A stretch of 64,000 bases of DNA from a bacterium (GCA_043815505.1 JBDRIV010000004.1:113671-177670), one strand, 5' to 3'. Positions 10,778 through 22,910 are shown, counted from the first letter of the stretch. The notes: generated from the letters alone by a model not told the origin. Translations and numbers: made by a program.

Positions 10778-11842
10778 TTATTTAGCTTTTACAGTTGATT
10801 GATGCGGTACTTTTTCTTTATCAAATCGATCATTAAACAAATCATCAATAAAGACCGATAAAGCGGTGGCTATAGGAACAGATAAAATCATACCTAAAAC
10901 ACCAGCCAATTTTGAACCTATTAGAACAACAATTATTACAATTATGGGGTCGAGCCCGACAGCTTTGGACATAATTTTAGGTACCAGAATGTTATTTTCT
11001 AATTGCTGAACTATTATAAACAATGCTAATACTGCCAAAGCCAACCAAGGATTATCAGTAAAACCTAAAAATATTGCAGGAATAGCAGAAATAATTGGTC
11101 CAACATAGGGCACAATTTCCATAATACCAGCAAATAGAGCTAGGATTAAAGCAAATTTTACACCCAGTGACAAGAGACCAATATATATCAATATTCCGAC
11201 TGCTAAAGCGAGAAGCATTTGACCACGAAACCAGTCACCAATTCTATTCTGAATGCGTCCTAATAAATCGTTAATATATACTTCATGTTTGTTGGGAATC
11301 ATACTAGCAAATTTTTGGATGCCCTTTTCTCTGATCAAAAGATAAAAAGTAATTACTAAAATCATTATTAGGGAGAAAACTCCACCAAAGAATTGCGAAA
11401 TACCACCAAAGAAACTTTGGCTTACATTTCCGAGCTGTGAAGAAACGGTACTTAAGAAATCAGAAATACTATCAACAATACCTTGATTTTGCGAAACCTC
11501 AATATTGCCAACAACATCTGATAAATAACTTGGTAGAGATGAAGCTAAATTTCTTGCCTCATCAACAATAGTTGGAATTAAGGCAATGGTAATTAAGGAA
11601 ACGATGAGCAAAAAGGAAAAATAAATTACCAGTACACTTACAGAACGCGGAAATTTTATTTTACGATGCAACCATTCTACACTGGGAGTTAAAGCAGCCG
11701 AAAGTACTGCAGCCACAAACAAAATTAAAATAATATCTCTAATCATAAACAGAAAAGCACCGATTAAAATAATTATAATTGCTTTGAAAAATGTTTGGTA
11801 AGAAACATCTATTGTGCGACGATCATTTTGATTTTCTGTCAT
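10778..11842 (-). CDS. AI-2E family transporter (UPF0118/PerM-like)
   Basis: 354 aa multi-TM protein with AI-2E-like architecture. Confidence 0.7.
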   Translation of the reverse strand: MTENQNDRRTIDVSYQTFFKAIIIILIGAFLFMIRDIILILFVAAVLSAALTPSVEWLHRKIKFPRSVSVLVIYFSFLLIVSLITIALIPTIVDEARNLASSLPSYLSDVVGNIEVSQNQGIVDSISDFLSTVSSQLGNVSQSFFGGISQFFGGVFSLIMILVITFYLLIREKGIQKFASMIPNKHEVYINDLLGRIQNRIGDWFRGQMLLALAVGILIYIGLLSLGVKFALILALFAGIMEIVPYVGPIISAIPAIFLGFTDNPWLALAVLALFIIVQQLENNILVPKIMSKAVGLDPIIVIIVVLIGSKLAGVLGMILSVPIATALSVFIDDLFNDRFDKEKVPHQSTVKAK

Positions 11843-11843
11843 G

Positions 11844-13115
11844 TTATAAAGCTAATAATTTTAAAAACGATTTTGTGTCCTGGTGAGGACTAATCATGGC
11901 TAAATTTAATTTATCGGTTGTAAATATTTCCTGGGCTACTTCTTTTATATCAGCGGCTGTTACGGCATCAATTTTTTTAAAGAATGAGTTTAGTGATGGA
12001 ACTTTTTGTCTAAACAATTCGTTAACTGCTATCCAAACGGCACTTTCGGACGTGTCTTCTAAACTCATCATGGTTTGACCCTTCAAATGCTCTTTGGCTT
12101 TTTTTAATTCTTTAGCTGGAACTGTCTGTTTTTTAATCTTTTTTAGTTCTTGAATAATTATCGCGATTGCTTCTTTAGCCTTACTATTATCACAACCAGC
12201 AGTAATTGCCAAATAACCTGTATCTTTGTAAGCTTCAACACTGGAACGAACATAATAAGCTAAACCTCTTCTTTCTCGCACAGCAATGAAAAGCCGTGAA
12301 CTCATGTAGCCACCCAGCAAAGCTGACAGTATACTTAAAGCATAACGTTTTTTGTCATACATATCAAAGGCACGAACACCGAGTGATAAATGAGACTGAT
12401 CAGTTTTTTTATAAAATAATTTTATTTGCGGAGCTACTTGCTTGTCTTTTGTTTCTGGCATTACTCGCGGTTCTTCTTTTGGCAATTTATTAGCAAAATA
12501 TATTTTTACTAATTCCCTACTTTTATTTTCAGAAATTCCTCCGGCTACTCCAACAACAATATTTTTAGCTACATATAAATCTTTTTTGTAATCAACAAAT
12601 TGCTTTCTTATCATGCTACGAACAGTTTTTTTACTACCAATAATCAAACGACCACCGGGCTGATTGCCATAAAGAAGTTGTTCAAACAAATCACCAATAT
12701 AACGCATAGGCGTATCCTGATACATGTTCATTTCTTCAATAATCACACCTTTTTCCCGCTCAATTTCAATAGCTGGCAATTTGGCGTTTTGAAGCATGTC
12801 AGAAATGAAATCAAAGGCTTTCGGAGCGTGTTGTTTGGCCACTTTAGCATAATAACCGGTAAATTCTTTGTGAGTGAAGGCATTATATTCACCACCAATT
12901 TGATCCATAAACTCGGCTACAATTTTAGCGCTTGGTCTTTTTTTTGAACCTTTAAAAAACATGTGTTCTAAAAAGTGCGAAAGCCCTGCTTCGTCTTTAG
13001 TTTCATATTTGGAGCCGGCACCGACCAAAACTAAAACGGTTACGGTTTTTTGATCAGCGGGTGCAGCCAATAAGCGTAAGCCACTAGAAAATGTGTGTCG
13101 GGAAATTTTAGGCAT
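11844..13115 (-). CDS. M16 family zinc peptidase (insulinase-like)
   Basis: 423 aa; [11 protein letters not shown] inverted zinc-binding HxxEH motif. Confidence 0.75.
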   Translation of the reverse strand: MPKISRHTFSSGLRLLAAPADQKTVTVLVLVGAGSKYETKDEAGLSHFLEHMFFKGSKKRPSAKIVAEFMDQIGGEYNAFTHKEFTGYYAKVAKQHAPKAFDFISDMLQNAKLPAIEIEREKGVIIEEMNMYQDTPMRYIGDLFEQLLYGNQPGGRLIIGSKKTVRSMIRKQFVDYKKDLYVAKNIVVGVAGGISENKSRELVKIYFANKLPKEEPRVMPETKDKQVAPQIKLFYKKTDQSHLSLGVRAFDMYDKKRYALSILSALLGGYMSSRLFIAVRERRGLAYYVRSSVEAYKDTGYLAITAGCDNSKAKEAIAIIIQELKKIKKQTVPAKELKKAKEHLKGQTMMSLEDTSESAVWIAVNELFRQKVPSLNSFFKKIDAVTAADIKEVAQEIFTTDKLNLAMISPHQDTKSFLKLLAL

Positions 13116-14436
13116 ATCTCTTTTTCAAATTCGTTAATAAATCAGTTATCGCCACGCGATCTTGTTGCATAGAATCACGATCCCGTACAGTTACTTGTTT
13201 ATCTTCTAAGGAATCAAAATCTATAGTTACACAAAATGGTGTGCCAATTTCGTCCTGTCGGCGGTAGCGTTTTCCTATTGAAGCAACTTCATCATAAGTT
13301 ACAGATAAATCTTTTTGTAATTCAGTTAATATTTCTTTTGCCAATTTGGTAAGAGGTTCTTTTTTTGATAAAGGTAAAACTGCAACTGTGTAAGGTGCCA
13401 ATTTATACGGCAAGCGCAACACAACTTCTTCATCTTTTATGCTTTCCGTTGTGGTTGATCTACCACCTTTTACTGCTTCGTAAGAATCCATCAGCACTGC
13501 GAGTACCGCTCTGTCAATTCCACCAGAAGTCTCTATGATCCAAGGAATATATTTTTCGTTTGCTTCTTGATCAAAATATTTTAAGTCTTTTTTAGAATGT
13601 AATTCATGCTGAGTTAAATCAAAATCACCTCGATTATGAATCCCCTCAAGTTCAATCCAACCCCAAGGCGCCTGATATTCAATATCAACGGCGGCCTTAG
13701 CATAATGGGCTAACTTGTCTTTTGGATGTTCATAAAATCTAAGCTTCTTTTTATCAATTCCTAAATTTATATACCAATTCATTCTATTATCTTTCCATTG
13801 TTCAAAATATTTATCAGCTTCCTCCGGTTTTACAAAATATTGCATTTCCATTTGCTCAAATTCGCGGGTGCGAAAAATAAAATTGCCAGGAGTTATTTCG
13901 TTACGAAAAGCTTTCCCAATTTGTGCCATTCCAAAAGGTAATTTTTGCCGCATACTTTCTTGTACATTTTTGAAATTTACATAAAGTCCTTGGGCAGTTT
14001 CTGGACGAAGGTATGTTTTACTAGCATCATCTTGAACCGGCCCTAAGAAAGTTTCCATCATCATATTAAAGTCTTTGGCGATTGTTAATTCCCCTTTACA
14101 ATCGGGACACTTTTCCTGATTTTCTAAGTCTTCAGCTTTAAATCTATGGTGGCACTTTTTACATTCCACTAACGGATCAGAAAATTCTTCTACATGTCCA
14201 GAAGCTTCCCAAACTTTTGGATGCATTAAAATGGCAGCGTCAAATCCCACAATATCTTCTTGCTTTTGCACCATTTCCTGCCACCAGAATTTTTTTAAGT
14301 TGTTTTTCAATTCTATGCCAAGGGGTCCGAAATCGTACGTACTCCCTAATCCCCCATAAATTTCTGATGACTGAAATACAAAACCGCGCCGTTTGGCGAG
14401 TGAAACAATTTTTTCCAGTGTTAATTTATCGGTCAT
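13108..14436 (-). CDS. glyS: glycyl-tRNA synthetase (dimeric GlyQS type)
   Basis: 442 aa class II aaRS with anticodon-binding C-terminus; start codon directly abutted by the GTAC-core motif. Confidence 0.85.
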   Translation of the reverse strand: MTDKLTLEKIVSLAKRRGFVFQSSEIYGGLGSTYDFGPLGIELKNNLKKFWWQEMVQKQEDIVGFDAAILMHPKVWEASGHVEEFSDPLVECKKCHHRFKAEDLENQEKCPDCKGELTIAKDFNMMMETFLGPVQDDASKTYLRPETAQGLYVNFKNVQESMRQKLPFGMAQIGKAFRNEITPGNFIFRTREFEQMEMQYFVKPEEADKYFEQWKDNRMNWYINLGIDKKKLRFYEHPKDKLAHYAKAAVDIEYQAPWGWIELEGIHNRGDFDLTQHELHSKKDLKYFDQEANEKYIPWIIETSGGIDRAVLAVLMDSYEAVKGGRSTTTESIKDEEVVLRLPYKLAPYTVAVLPLSKKEPLTKLAKEILTELQKDLSVTYDEVASIGKRYRRQDEIGTPFCVTIDFDSLEDKQVTVRDRDSMQQDRVAITDLLTNLKKRYA

Positions 14437-14542
14437 CTCGGTAGTACGATTTAATGATTAATTTAAATTAGATTTCTAGTTTACCTCGATTCTTAAGAAA
14501 AGTATCTTCTACATCTTTTTTCGCCCGATTGTACTACCGGGC
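14437..14542. promoter_or_regulatory. GTAC-core inverted-repeat cassette upstream of glyS
   Basis: Proximal CTCGGTAGTACGATTT abuts the glyS ATG on the minus strand; distal GCCCGATTGTACTACCGGGC at 14524-14542. Confidence 0.5.
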
Positions 14543-14614
14543 ATAACAAAAATTAGTAACAAAAAATCACCTGTATTATATCACAAGTGATTTTTAGCTT
14601 CAATAAGGGTTTTT

Positions 14615-16159
14615 CTATTGCACAACGTCAAAATAGGCGCATTCACCATCTTCGGCGTCAGGATAAGTTCCCACCTTAAAACACATTCGATAAGTTCCAA
14701 ACGGAGCAGTACCAGGAACAAGGACGGATTTATTTGCAGAAAGAGATCCATTTGGTCCGATAGTTGTTGAAGATGGACTTATTGGATTTCCTCCATAACT
14801 GCTTCCATTTGGTAAATAAGCTTCTAACCAATAATCAAATTGTTTGGTAATTTCTTCATAATTTTTTACAGTGAGTTTGAAAGTGGCATATTCATTTCTG
14901 TGTACTACAGGAGTATTGGCTGTAGCAAATGCTTGGAAAGGAACTGTGGCTGTGTCATAAAAGATATCGCGCCCGGTTCCAGCAAACAAATCATTGGAAA
15001 ATGACACGTGAGCCGATTTATCATTAGCCATTTGAACAAACGAATAAGAAACATCAGGAGAATATCCAGGATTATCATCTTCAAAATTTGTTTCATCAGT
15101 CCAAGTTTCTCCACCATCAAACGATCTCATAAAATATCCTTCTGAAGCAAACCCTGATGTGTTTCTATTATCATCCCAAGCCATATAAATATAGGCAGGG
15201 CGAGCAGAATCAATAGTTACTGTTTGAGCAACTGCTTCTTCAGTACTTACTATTCTAATTGGCTCAAACGATGTGTTACCATGCTTCATTCTGGTAAAAT
15301 ATATATCACCATCAAAATCAAACGACAAATACAAATAATTTTCATCAACTGTACATCCCGGACTATACTGAAAAGAAGTAATTTGTGCTGGGTCAGCCAT
15401 TATGGGTTGTGTGAAAGTTTGTCCACCATCTGTAGAAACTGCTGCCCAAGCATATTCAGTATTATAATCATCTAAAAATCCTTGCCAACAAACTCCAATT
15501 ATATCATTGCGGGTATCTGTACCTTCAAGCACATCCATATGCACAGTTGTACCTTGATAACGTTCAACAATGTTTCCAGCCATGTCACCATCTATAACTT
15601 TAGGTGTGGAAAAAGTTTGACCATTGTTGGTTTTAGAAAAATAAAGCTTTCCATTCAAATATGTATCAAAGTTTTTCCAAACAATATAAGCACTACCACT
15701 TTTTCCCATATCTGCTTCAGGAAACATATTATAACCCACTGTTGAAACAGCAGCCGGATTAGAAAAGGAATCACCACCGTTGGTGGAATAAGCAAAATGA
15801 ACTTGGGTTTCAAAATTATTTCCTCTTACCCAGGAAGCTACTAAAGTTCCTTGTTTGTTAATATCTATAGCTTCATTTTTAGCACCGTCTCCAGCTGGAT
15901 CTAAAACATAAGATGTAAAAGGTCCGACTCCGGCTGTTTGCTTAGCAAAAAGAAATTTAAGTGGTTCTATTTCTTCATTATCATAAACAACATAAACAGA
16001 TTTGTCTGGTCCAACTGCCAATGAATCATGTTGTATGAATTGCCATCCTGGTAGTGCCGACACAACTTGATCAATCCCAAATGTTGTCATGGTGGCTAAA
16101 GCTACAGAAGCTACACCAAAAATTATTAACGAAATTCCGAAAAATAAAACTTTTTTCAT
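14615..16159 (-). CDS. secreted BNR/Asp-box repeat protein (sialidase-like beta-propeller)
   Basis: N-terminal signal peptide; repeated S-x-D-G-G-x-T-F/W boxes (STNGGDSF, STDGGQTF, SFDGGETW). Confidence 0.6.
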   Translation of the reverse strand: MKKVLFFGISLIIFGVASVALATMTTFGIDQVVSALPGWQFIQHDSLAVGPDKSVYVVYDNEEIEPLKFLFAKQTAGVGPFTSYVLDPAGDGAKNEAIDINKQGTLVASWVRGNNFETQVHFAYSTNGGDSFSNPAAVSTVGYNMFPEADMGKSGSAYIVWKNFDTYLNGKLYFSKTNNGQTFSTPKVIDGDMAGNIVERYQGTTVHMDVLEGTDTRNDIIGVCWQGFLDDYNTEYAWAAVSTDGGQTFTQPIMADPAQITSFQYSPGCTVDENYLYLSFDFDGDIYFTRMKHGNTSFEPIRIVSTEEAVAQTVTIDSARPAYIYMAWDDNRNTSGFASEGYFMRSFDGGETWTDETNFEDDNPGYSPDVSYSFVQMANDKSAHVSFSNDLFAGTGRDIFYDTATVPFQAFATANTPVVHRNEYATFKLTVKNYEEITKQFDYWLEAYLPNGSSYGGNPISPSSTTIGPNGSLSANKSVLVPGTAPFGTYRMCFKVGTYPDAEDGECAYFDVVQ

Positions 16160-16220
16160 TAGAATTTTATTAATTACTAAAGTAAAATTATTATATAACT
16201 ATATTTTTATTTTGTCAATA

Positions 16221-18971
16221 CTAGAGAATTTCTCCCGATTCCACACGAATTTTTCCACCTTGTTCTAAAATAGCTACATCTCGTCTTTTTAAATTACCGC
16301 TTAATATTTTTTTTGCCAAAGCACTATCAACCTGATCTTGTAAAACCCGACGCAGAGGCCTGGCCCCATATTTGGGATCATAACCGGAGTGGGCTAATTC
16401 CAAAATAGCTGTTTCGGTAACCCGTAAATTTATGCCTTTTTTAAGCAGTCTTTTCTCAACTTTATTTAGAAGCAATCTAGTAATATCAACTAAATCTTTT
16501 TCACTTAGTGGTTTAAAGACAACAATTTCATCAAAGCGATTTATAAATTCGGGACGATAAATCTTTTGTAATTCTTCTTCCATTAAAATTTTATGAATTT
16601 CTACTACAGTTTTACCTGCCTCTAATTGATCTTGAATAAAACTGGTATTGGCATTTGAAGTCGCAATTAAAATTACATTGGTAAAATCTATAGTTCTGCC
16701 CAGACCGTCTGTTAAACGTCCGTCATCCATAACTTGCAAAAAGAGATTTAAAATATCAGGATGAGCTTTTTCTAATTCATCTAAAAGTAAAAGTGAATAA
16801 GGACTTTTGCGTACGGCTTCGGTTAAATAACCACTACTTTCTTCGTCGCCAATTAATCTGGCAATGCTAGTAACTTCCTGATATTCCGACATATCCACGC
16901 GAATCATATCGTTTTCACTACCAAAATAAGCTTCGGCTACAGTTTTTGAAAGTTCAGTTTTACCAACTCCAGTTGGTCCCAAAAATAACAGAGTAGCAAT
17001 TGGTCTTTTTTCATCGCGCAGTTCCGCTCGAGCGCGACGTAAAGCTTCAGCCACCGCCGTTACTGCTTGATCTTGACCAATAATTCTGTTGTGAATTAAA
17101 TCTTCTAATTTTAACAACTTAGCTGATTCTGAGGCTGTAACGTTTTCCGTTGGAATATTTGTTTTATCGGCAATAATTTTGGCTACTTCATCAGCCGAAA
17201 CAATAGAACCTTCTCCTTTTTCCCCAGCTGCTAAAACAGCTGCTTCTTCTAAAATATTTATCGCTTTATCTGGCAAATGGCTTTCATGAATATAACGACT
17301 ACTCATATCAACCGCTGATTGAATAGCGCCATAAGAAAAATAAACATTATTTTTTGCTTCAATTCCCAGTGCCTTAATTTCTGAAATTCTAATAGCATTG
17401 TCTTCATCCACTTCTGTAATATCAATTTTGGTCATCACCGAATCAAGACTGGATTTATTTTCAATGACATCGGAAAAATCTTTGGAATTGGTCGTAGCAA
17501 TAATTAGTAAATTAAATTTCTTTATTGCTTCTGTTAAAATATCAGAAATATCAAAAGTTTGACCGCCACCGGTGGCCACCCCAACTAAATCATGAACGTT
17601 TTCTATTACTAAAACAATATTCCGAGCTCGAGCAATTTCGTTCATAACTTTTTGAATACGACCTTCTAATTGACCAACCCCAGCTCCAGAAAGCATGGAC
17701 GAAACTGACAAATTGATCAATCTTTTATCTTGTAATATTTTTGGAACATCTTCAACCGTCATTAAACGAGCCAGTCCATTAATGATGGCCGATTTTCCCA
17801 CTCCATCTTCGCCCACTAAAACTACGCTATTACCACTTTCCACGACGCGCAAAATTTCGTCCGTTTCTTTTTCACGATTAACACAAACTTCCAAAACACC
17901 GCGGGAAGACAAATATGTTAAATCTGTACTCATGCGCTCCAGCACAGGTGAAGCCACAGCCGTCATGGCTCTATCCATCACTCCCTTGGGTTTAAACATC
18001 GCCAATCTTTTTTCTTCACGGTAACGTCTCATAATATCATGGCGCGTGTTATACCATTCTACAATGTGACGAATTTTATTTTGAGACATATCTAAATCAA
18101 GCATAATTTCGTTTGCCGCTGAATCAGTATTAGTTATAGCTGATAGCAGTTCTGCTAAATCGATTTTCGGTCTTCTGTTTTCAACTGCTTCGTAATATGA
18201 ATAAAGAAGTAATCTAATAGTTTGTGGTGCAATAACTAATTTACCTTTTTCTTTTGGTTGTTTAGCTAAAACACTTTTAATCATTTTTATAAAACGCTCG
18301 TTGTCAAAAGCAATTCGGCCAAACACTTCAGAGATTTCTTTTTTGGTCAGGAGGGCTGCCAAAACATGTACCGGTAAAACTTGAGCATGATTACTGCTTT
18401 TAGCCATACTGTAAGCATCTTCAATTACATCTAAAGCCTCTCCCCTCATTACATTATGAATTCTGATGGTATCTTCTTTTGGTAAAGATAAAAGTTCTGT
18501 GGTGTTTAATTCCTTTGGCAACTGACCAATATTTTTTAATTCACTTTTTTTAATTACCCATTCTTCTTTTTCGTCACGAGATTTAAACCGATAAAGTAAA
18601 TACATATTACTTAAAATACTTATCCAAAATAGTAAATGGGTAAACCGCCCGACATCTGCCAGTTTATAATTACCACTGCTGAACATGTCGAAAAAGAGTA
18701 TCGTAATGGCCAGCGCGCCAAAAGAAAAAAGAATAATATCAATTAAAACATCTAGTTTTCTAGTGAGTTGTCTGGTTTTATTGCTAAGAGTGCTGAGTGG
18801 CAAATCCCATAACAATATTTTATTACCAATCACACCAACTTCATGATAACCACCGCATGCTTGGCACTCAGAACCAATTGTTTGACACTGAGAGCAGGTG
18901 GCTAGACGCAGTGTAATATTTTTTTCTAAATCGTTATTCATAGAAGAAATAAAAAATCTGCCGCACCACAA
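16221..18971 (-). CDS. Clp/Hsp100-family AAA+ ATPase (ClpC/ClpB-like) with N-terminal zinc ribbon and TM segments
   Basis: Two Walker A motifs (GEDGVGKS; GPTGVGKT); C-x2-C...C-x2-C at the N-terminus, followed by hydrophobic helices. Confidence 0.8.
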   Translation of the reverse strand: MWCGRFFISSMNNDLEKNITLRLATCSQCQTIGSECQACGGYHEVGVIGNKILLWDLPLSTLSNKTRQLTRKLDVLIDIILFSFGALAITILFFDMFSSGNYKLADVGRFTHLLFWISILSNMYLLYRFKSRDEKEEWVIKKSELKNIGQLPKELNTTELLSLPKEDTIRIHNVMRGEALDVIEDAYSMAKSSNHAQVLPVHVLAALLTKKEISEVFGRIAFDNERFIKMIKSVLAKQPKEKGKLVIAPQTIRLLLYSYYEAVENRRPKIDLAELLSAITNTDSAANEIMLDLDMSQNKIRHIVEWYNTRHDIMRRYREEKRLAMFKPKGVMDRAMTAVASPVLERMSTDLTYLSSRGVLEVCVNREKETDEILRVVESGNSVVLVGEDGVGKSAIINGLARLMTVEDVPKILQDKRLINLSVSSMLSGAGVGQLEGRIQKVMNEIARARNIVLVIENVHDLVGVATGGGQTFDISDILTEAIKKFNLLIIATTNSKDFSDVIENKSSLDSVMTKIDITEVDEDNAIRISEIKALGIEAKNNVYFSYGAIQSAVDMSSRYIHESHLPDKAINILEEAAVLAAGEKGEGSIVSADEVAKIIADKTNIPTENVTASESAKLLKLEDLIHNRIIGQDQAVTAVAEALRRARAELRDEKRPIATLLFLGPTGVGKTELSKTVAEAYFGSENDMIRVDMSEYQEVTSIARLIGDEESSGYLTEAVRKSPYSLLLLDELEKAHPDILNLFLQVMDDGRLTDGLGRTIDFTNVILIATSNANTSFIQDQLEAGKTVVEIHKILMEEELQKIYRPEFINRFDEIVVFKPLSEKDLVDITRLLLNKVEKRLLKKGINLRVTETAILELAHSGYDPKYGARPLRRVLQDQVDSALAKKILSGNLKRRDVAILEQGGKIRVESGEIL

Positions 18972-19302
18972 AAATTGGCAACAACAGATAAAACAAAATA
19001 GTTAACACCGCCACAACTAAAATTAAGAAATATAATATTATATCAAAAGTGAGAACAAATGTTCTGATGATAATTCCTATAACTAAACCAGCAAAGGTAT
19101 AATCCTGAAACATTGGTTTGAAAAGATTTTTAATTTTTATTAGCAGACCTAAAATCTTTTCAAAATAAACCAGCTGTTTCCCAACAAATTTTAATAAGCG
19201 CAGAAAACCTTTGGTATACCACCAAATTGGAAAGTTTAAAACATCACCTACTAAATTCAGGCTCAAATATTTCACACTATGACTAAAAGCAGAATTTTTC
19301 AT
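18934..19302 (-). CDS. hypothetical small membrane protein
   Basis: 122 aa hydrophobic ORF overlapping the clp gene start; weak. Confidence 0.3.
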   Translation of the reverse strand: MKNSAFSHSVKYLSLNLVGDVLNFPIWWYTKGFLRLLKFVGKQLVYFEKILGLLIKIKNLFKPMFQDYTFAGLVIGIIIRTFVLTFDIILYFLILVVAVLTILFYLLLPIFVVRQIFYFFYE

Positions 19303-19458
19303 TTATTTTAATTTTCTAAAAGATCTATTATATTATACAATTTTTTGATAGATTTGGAAACTAAAATGACTTTCTTCTCACCTTCCAGAGATTGTCTAGA
19401 TTCCCTGGAAGGAGAGCAAAAAGCCATTAATTACATTATATTACTTAATATTTTATCG

Positions 19459-20034
19459 TCAAACTTTAAGAGCGGAAACTAAAGATATTGGCCCTGATTG
19501 AATTTTAATTTTTTGAAAACCATTTTGTTTAAGAAGTCTAGGTAAAAAAGACGAAGGCCAAAATGTTGTATGCCCATCTCCAATTTTACGAAAATATTTC
19601 TCTAAAATTCTTGCTACTAGCGAGTCGCGAAAATAATCATAAATATAAATTTTTCCGTACGGCCTTAAAACGCGGTAAGTTTCAGCAATGGCTTTGTTCG
19701 GATCGGTAAAATGATGAAAAGCGTCAATGCTAGAAATAGCAGAAAAAAAATTAGCTAACCAAGGAAGCTGTTCGGCCAGTCCTAGTTCAAAATTAGTATT
19801 GGGTAAAAAAGGAGAATAATTTAAGGCTTTTTCTATCATATTTTCTGAAACATCTAAACCAAAAACTTCGCTCTGAGGAAATTTATTGGCAGTTTGACGA
19901 ACAAATTCTCCCGCACCACATCCTAAATCTAAAAGTTTTTCTTTAGGACGCAAAAAAACATTGGTCAATAATCTTTTTGCCTGGCGACGCGACCAAGATT
20001 CGTTGAAAGGATTGTATAATATTTTATTTGTCAT
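19459..20034 (-). CDS. class I SAM-dependent methyltransferase
   Basis: LDLGCGAGEF motif I; start codon abutted by a GTAC-core motif variant. Confidence 0.75.
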   Translation of the reverse strand: MTNKILYNPFNESWSRRQAKRLLTNVFLRPKEKLLDLGCGAGEFVRQTANKFPQSEVFGLDVSENMIEKALNYSPFLPNTNFELGLAEQLPWLANFFSAISSIDAFHHFTDPNKAIAETYRVLRPYGKIYIYDYFRDSLVARILEKYFRKIGDGHTTFWPSSFLPRLLKQNGFQKIKIQSGPISLVSALKV

Positions 20035-20137
20035 CCCGGTAGGACAACTTACTGCTTAATTAATATATTAACTTTACTTTTGTGTTCAATTTTTAGAAAG
20101 TTTTGTATGAGTTTTGTTCCCAGTTGTACTACCGGGC
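20035..20137. promoter_or_regulatory. GTAC-core inverted-repeat cassette upstream of the methyltransferase gene
   Basis: Proximal CCCGGTAGGACAA abuts the ATG on the minus strand; distal CCCAGTTGTACTACCGGGC at 20119-20137. Confidence 0.5.
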
Positions 20138-20140
20138 TTT

Positions 20141-20761
20141 TTAAGTGGTGATGGCAATTACTCGAGCAGGAGCACCACCGAGAGCTAATTTTATTGGTAA
20201 AGCCACCACAGTAAATTCTTCTTTATCTAAAAGTTTTTCTAAATTAGTAAGATTTTCTATCAGTAACACATCGTGATCAAGTAAAATTTTATGAACAGGA
20301 TACGGATTATGATCTATGCTATGGGAATCAATTCCCACCATAGCTACTTTTTTCTGTACTAAAATGTTGGCAACTTCCTGAGTTATTTGCGGACCAGTAG
20401 TAAAATAATTATCCTCAAAATAGTTTTCAATGTGATCAGTATAAAACAAAACTATATTACCCGGTTTAATATTCAAATTCATAACTAAATTACGATCAAT
20501 TATCTTTTCACCGCGGGCGTCGACCAAAACGCCGTCGCCAATAAAACATTTGGGAGCGTAATTGGTAATTAGTTTTCCCTCTTTAAAAAGATGGGAGGGC
20601 GCGTCAATGTGCGTACCCACGTGAGTAGGCAAACTTAATTCCGACTGAAAATATCCTTCGTTGGCAACGGTGGTAACAGGAGAAATTTTCAGCTTGGGAT
20701 CGCCAGGATAAACTGGCGTTTTTTTATTTAGGGAAACTGTTAAGTCGATGTAATCTATCAT
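20141..20761 (-). CDS. cyclase-family protein (kynurenine formamidase-like)
   Basis: HVGTHIDAPSH cyclase motif; the first 41 codons of the tracked ORF look non-protein-like, so the start is probably Met at 20761. Confidence 0.65.
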   Translation of the reverse strand: MIDYIDLTVSLNKKTPVYPGDPKLKISPVTTVANEGYFQSELSLPTHVGTHIDAPSHLFKEGKLITNYAPKCFIGDGVLVDARGEKIIDRNLVMNLNIKPGNIVLFYTDHIENYFEDNYFTTGPQITQEVANILVQKKVAMVGIDSHSIDHNPYPVHKILLDHDVLLIENLTNLEKLLDKEEFTVVALPIKLALGGAPARVIAITT

Positions 20762-20983
20762 TTTTAAATGATAATGATGGAGATTATTTCCCCTCCTGAA
20801 GCATAAGAAACCTGTTATAATTTTATTATAGCATATTTTGGACAAAAAAATCCCACTTAAGTTTCCAGTTACTATTGTTGTCATATTAAAAGAAAAAGAC
20901 CCGCGCTAGTTTTTAGAAAACTAACGCGGGCCGAAACGACGAATCCAAGGACTAAGACCAAAGTTCAGATGAGAACTGAGAGC

Positions 20984-21658
20984 TTAAGTCCAAAGAACTC
21001 TAGTTACTTTCGAGGACGGACGCAGGATTTTGCTGGCGCTCCCGTCGTCATGGTCGACCCAGGAGCAGCCCCAGTCCCAGGAACCATCGCCAAACCGACA
21101 GAGGTAAAGAACGTTGCGACCGCCGTCGGGGTTGCGGAGAATGGCACCCCAGAACGACAGGAACTTGATGCCCTTCGTGTCATACAGCCACTTGAGGGTC
21201 TTATGACCCTTCTCCTGCCACAGCGCCATGAAGTCTTGCTCATCGAGCTGGACATCTTCGGGAACTGCCTTGATGCGCTGAAGACGTTCCTTTCCGTTGA
21301 TGTAGGATTCACCTTCGAGATAGTCCTTATTGACAATCCTTCCAGCATCCAGATTGCCACTTTCGCGCTTTCCCACTCGCTCGATGATGCTCCAGCCTTT
21401 GCCCAGGAACTGTTCGGGGTTGAAGAGCTGGCGCTCGAGCAGATGAGGCTCGGTGGCACGCAGGTGAGCTTCCACGCGAGTACGCAGGTCGGCGAGGGTG
21501 TTTTCGGCGATTTCTGCTCCCTGTGCTTCGATCACCTGCTGGCTCGCCTCTCTTGGCAGATCGCTTTTCCTCCCCTTTGCCACGATGACATCGGCGAGTT
21601 TTGTCAGCTGTCCACCAGTGATAGTTTCTGCGGATGGGGACACGGTGTCTTTACCCAT
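20984..21658 (-). CDS. hypothetical protein in a high-GC island (about 224 aa)
   Basis: About 58-60% GC against about 33% genome; strong SD (AAGGAGG, 8-nt spacer) before ATG at 21658; no recognisable domain. Confidence 0.6.
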   Translation of the reverse strand: MGKDTVSPSAETITGGQLTKLADVIVAKGRKSDLPREASQQVIEAQGAEIAENTLADLRTRVEAHLRATEPHLLERQLFNPEQFLGKGWSIIERVGKRESGNLDAGRIVNKDYLEGESYINGKERLQRIKAVPEDVQLDEQDFMALWQEKGHKTLKWLYDTKGIKFLSFWGAILRNPDGGRNVLYLCRFGDGSWDWGCSWVDHDDGSASKILRPSSKVTRVLWT

Positions 21659-21785
21659 GGCGACATCCTCCTTATGTTGTATAGTACACGTCCTAGAACG
21701 CACAGAGCCTATCTCTGCACATTACTAAGACTGTGTATTATATATTATTATATCTTTTTTTCAACCATTTTCAGGAAAATATCCC

Positions 21786-22910
<1,125 letters not shown>

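Noticed and set aside
19303-19458. 39-aa plus-strand mini-ORF and imperfect 10-bp hairpin downstream of the methyltransferase gene
   Set aside because: The hairpin lacks a U-tract on the relevant strand, and the mini-ORF has no SD or conservation evidence. It is probably a weak terminator or spacer.
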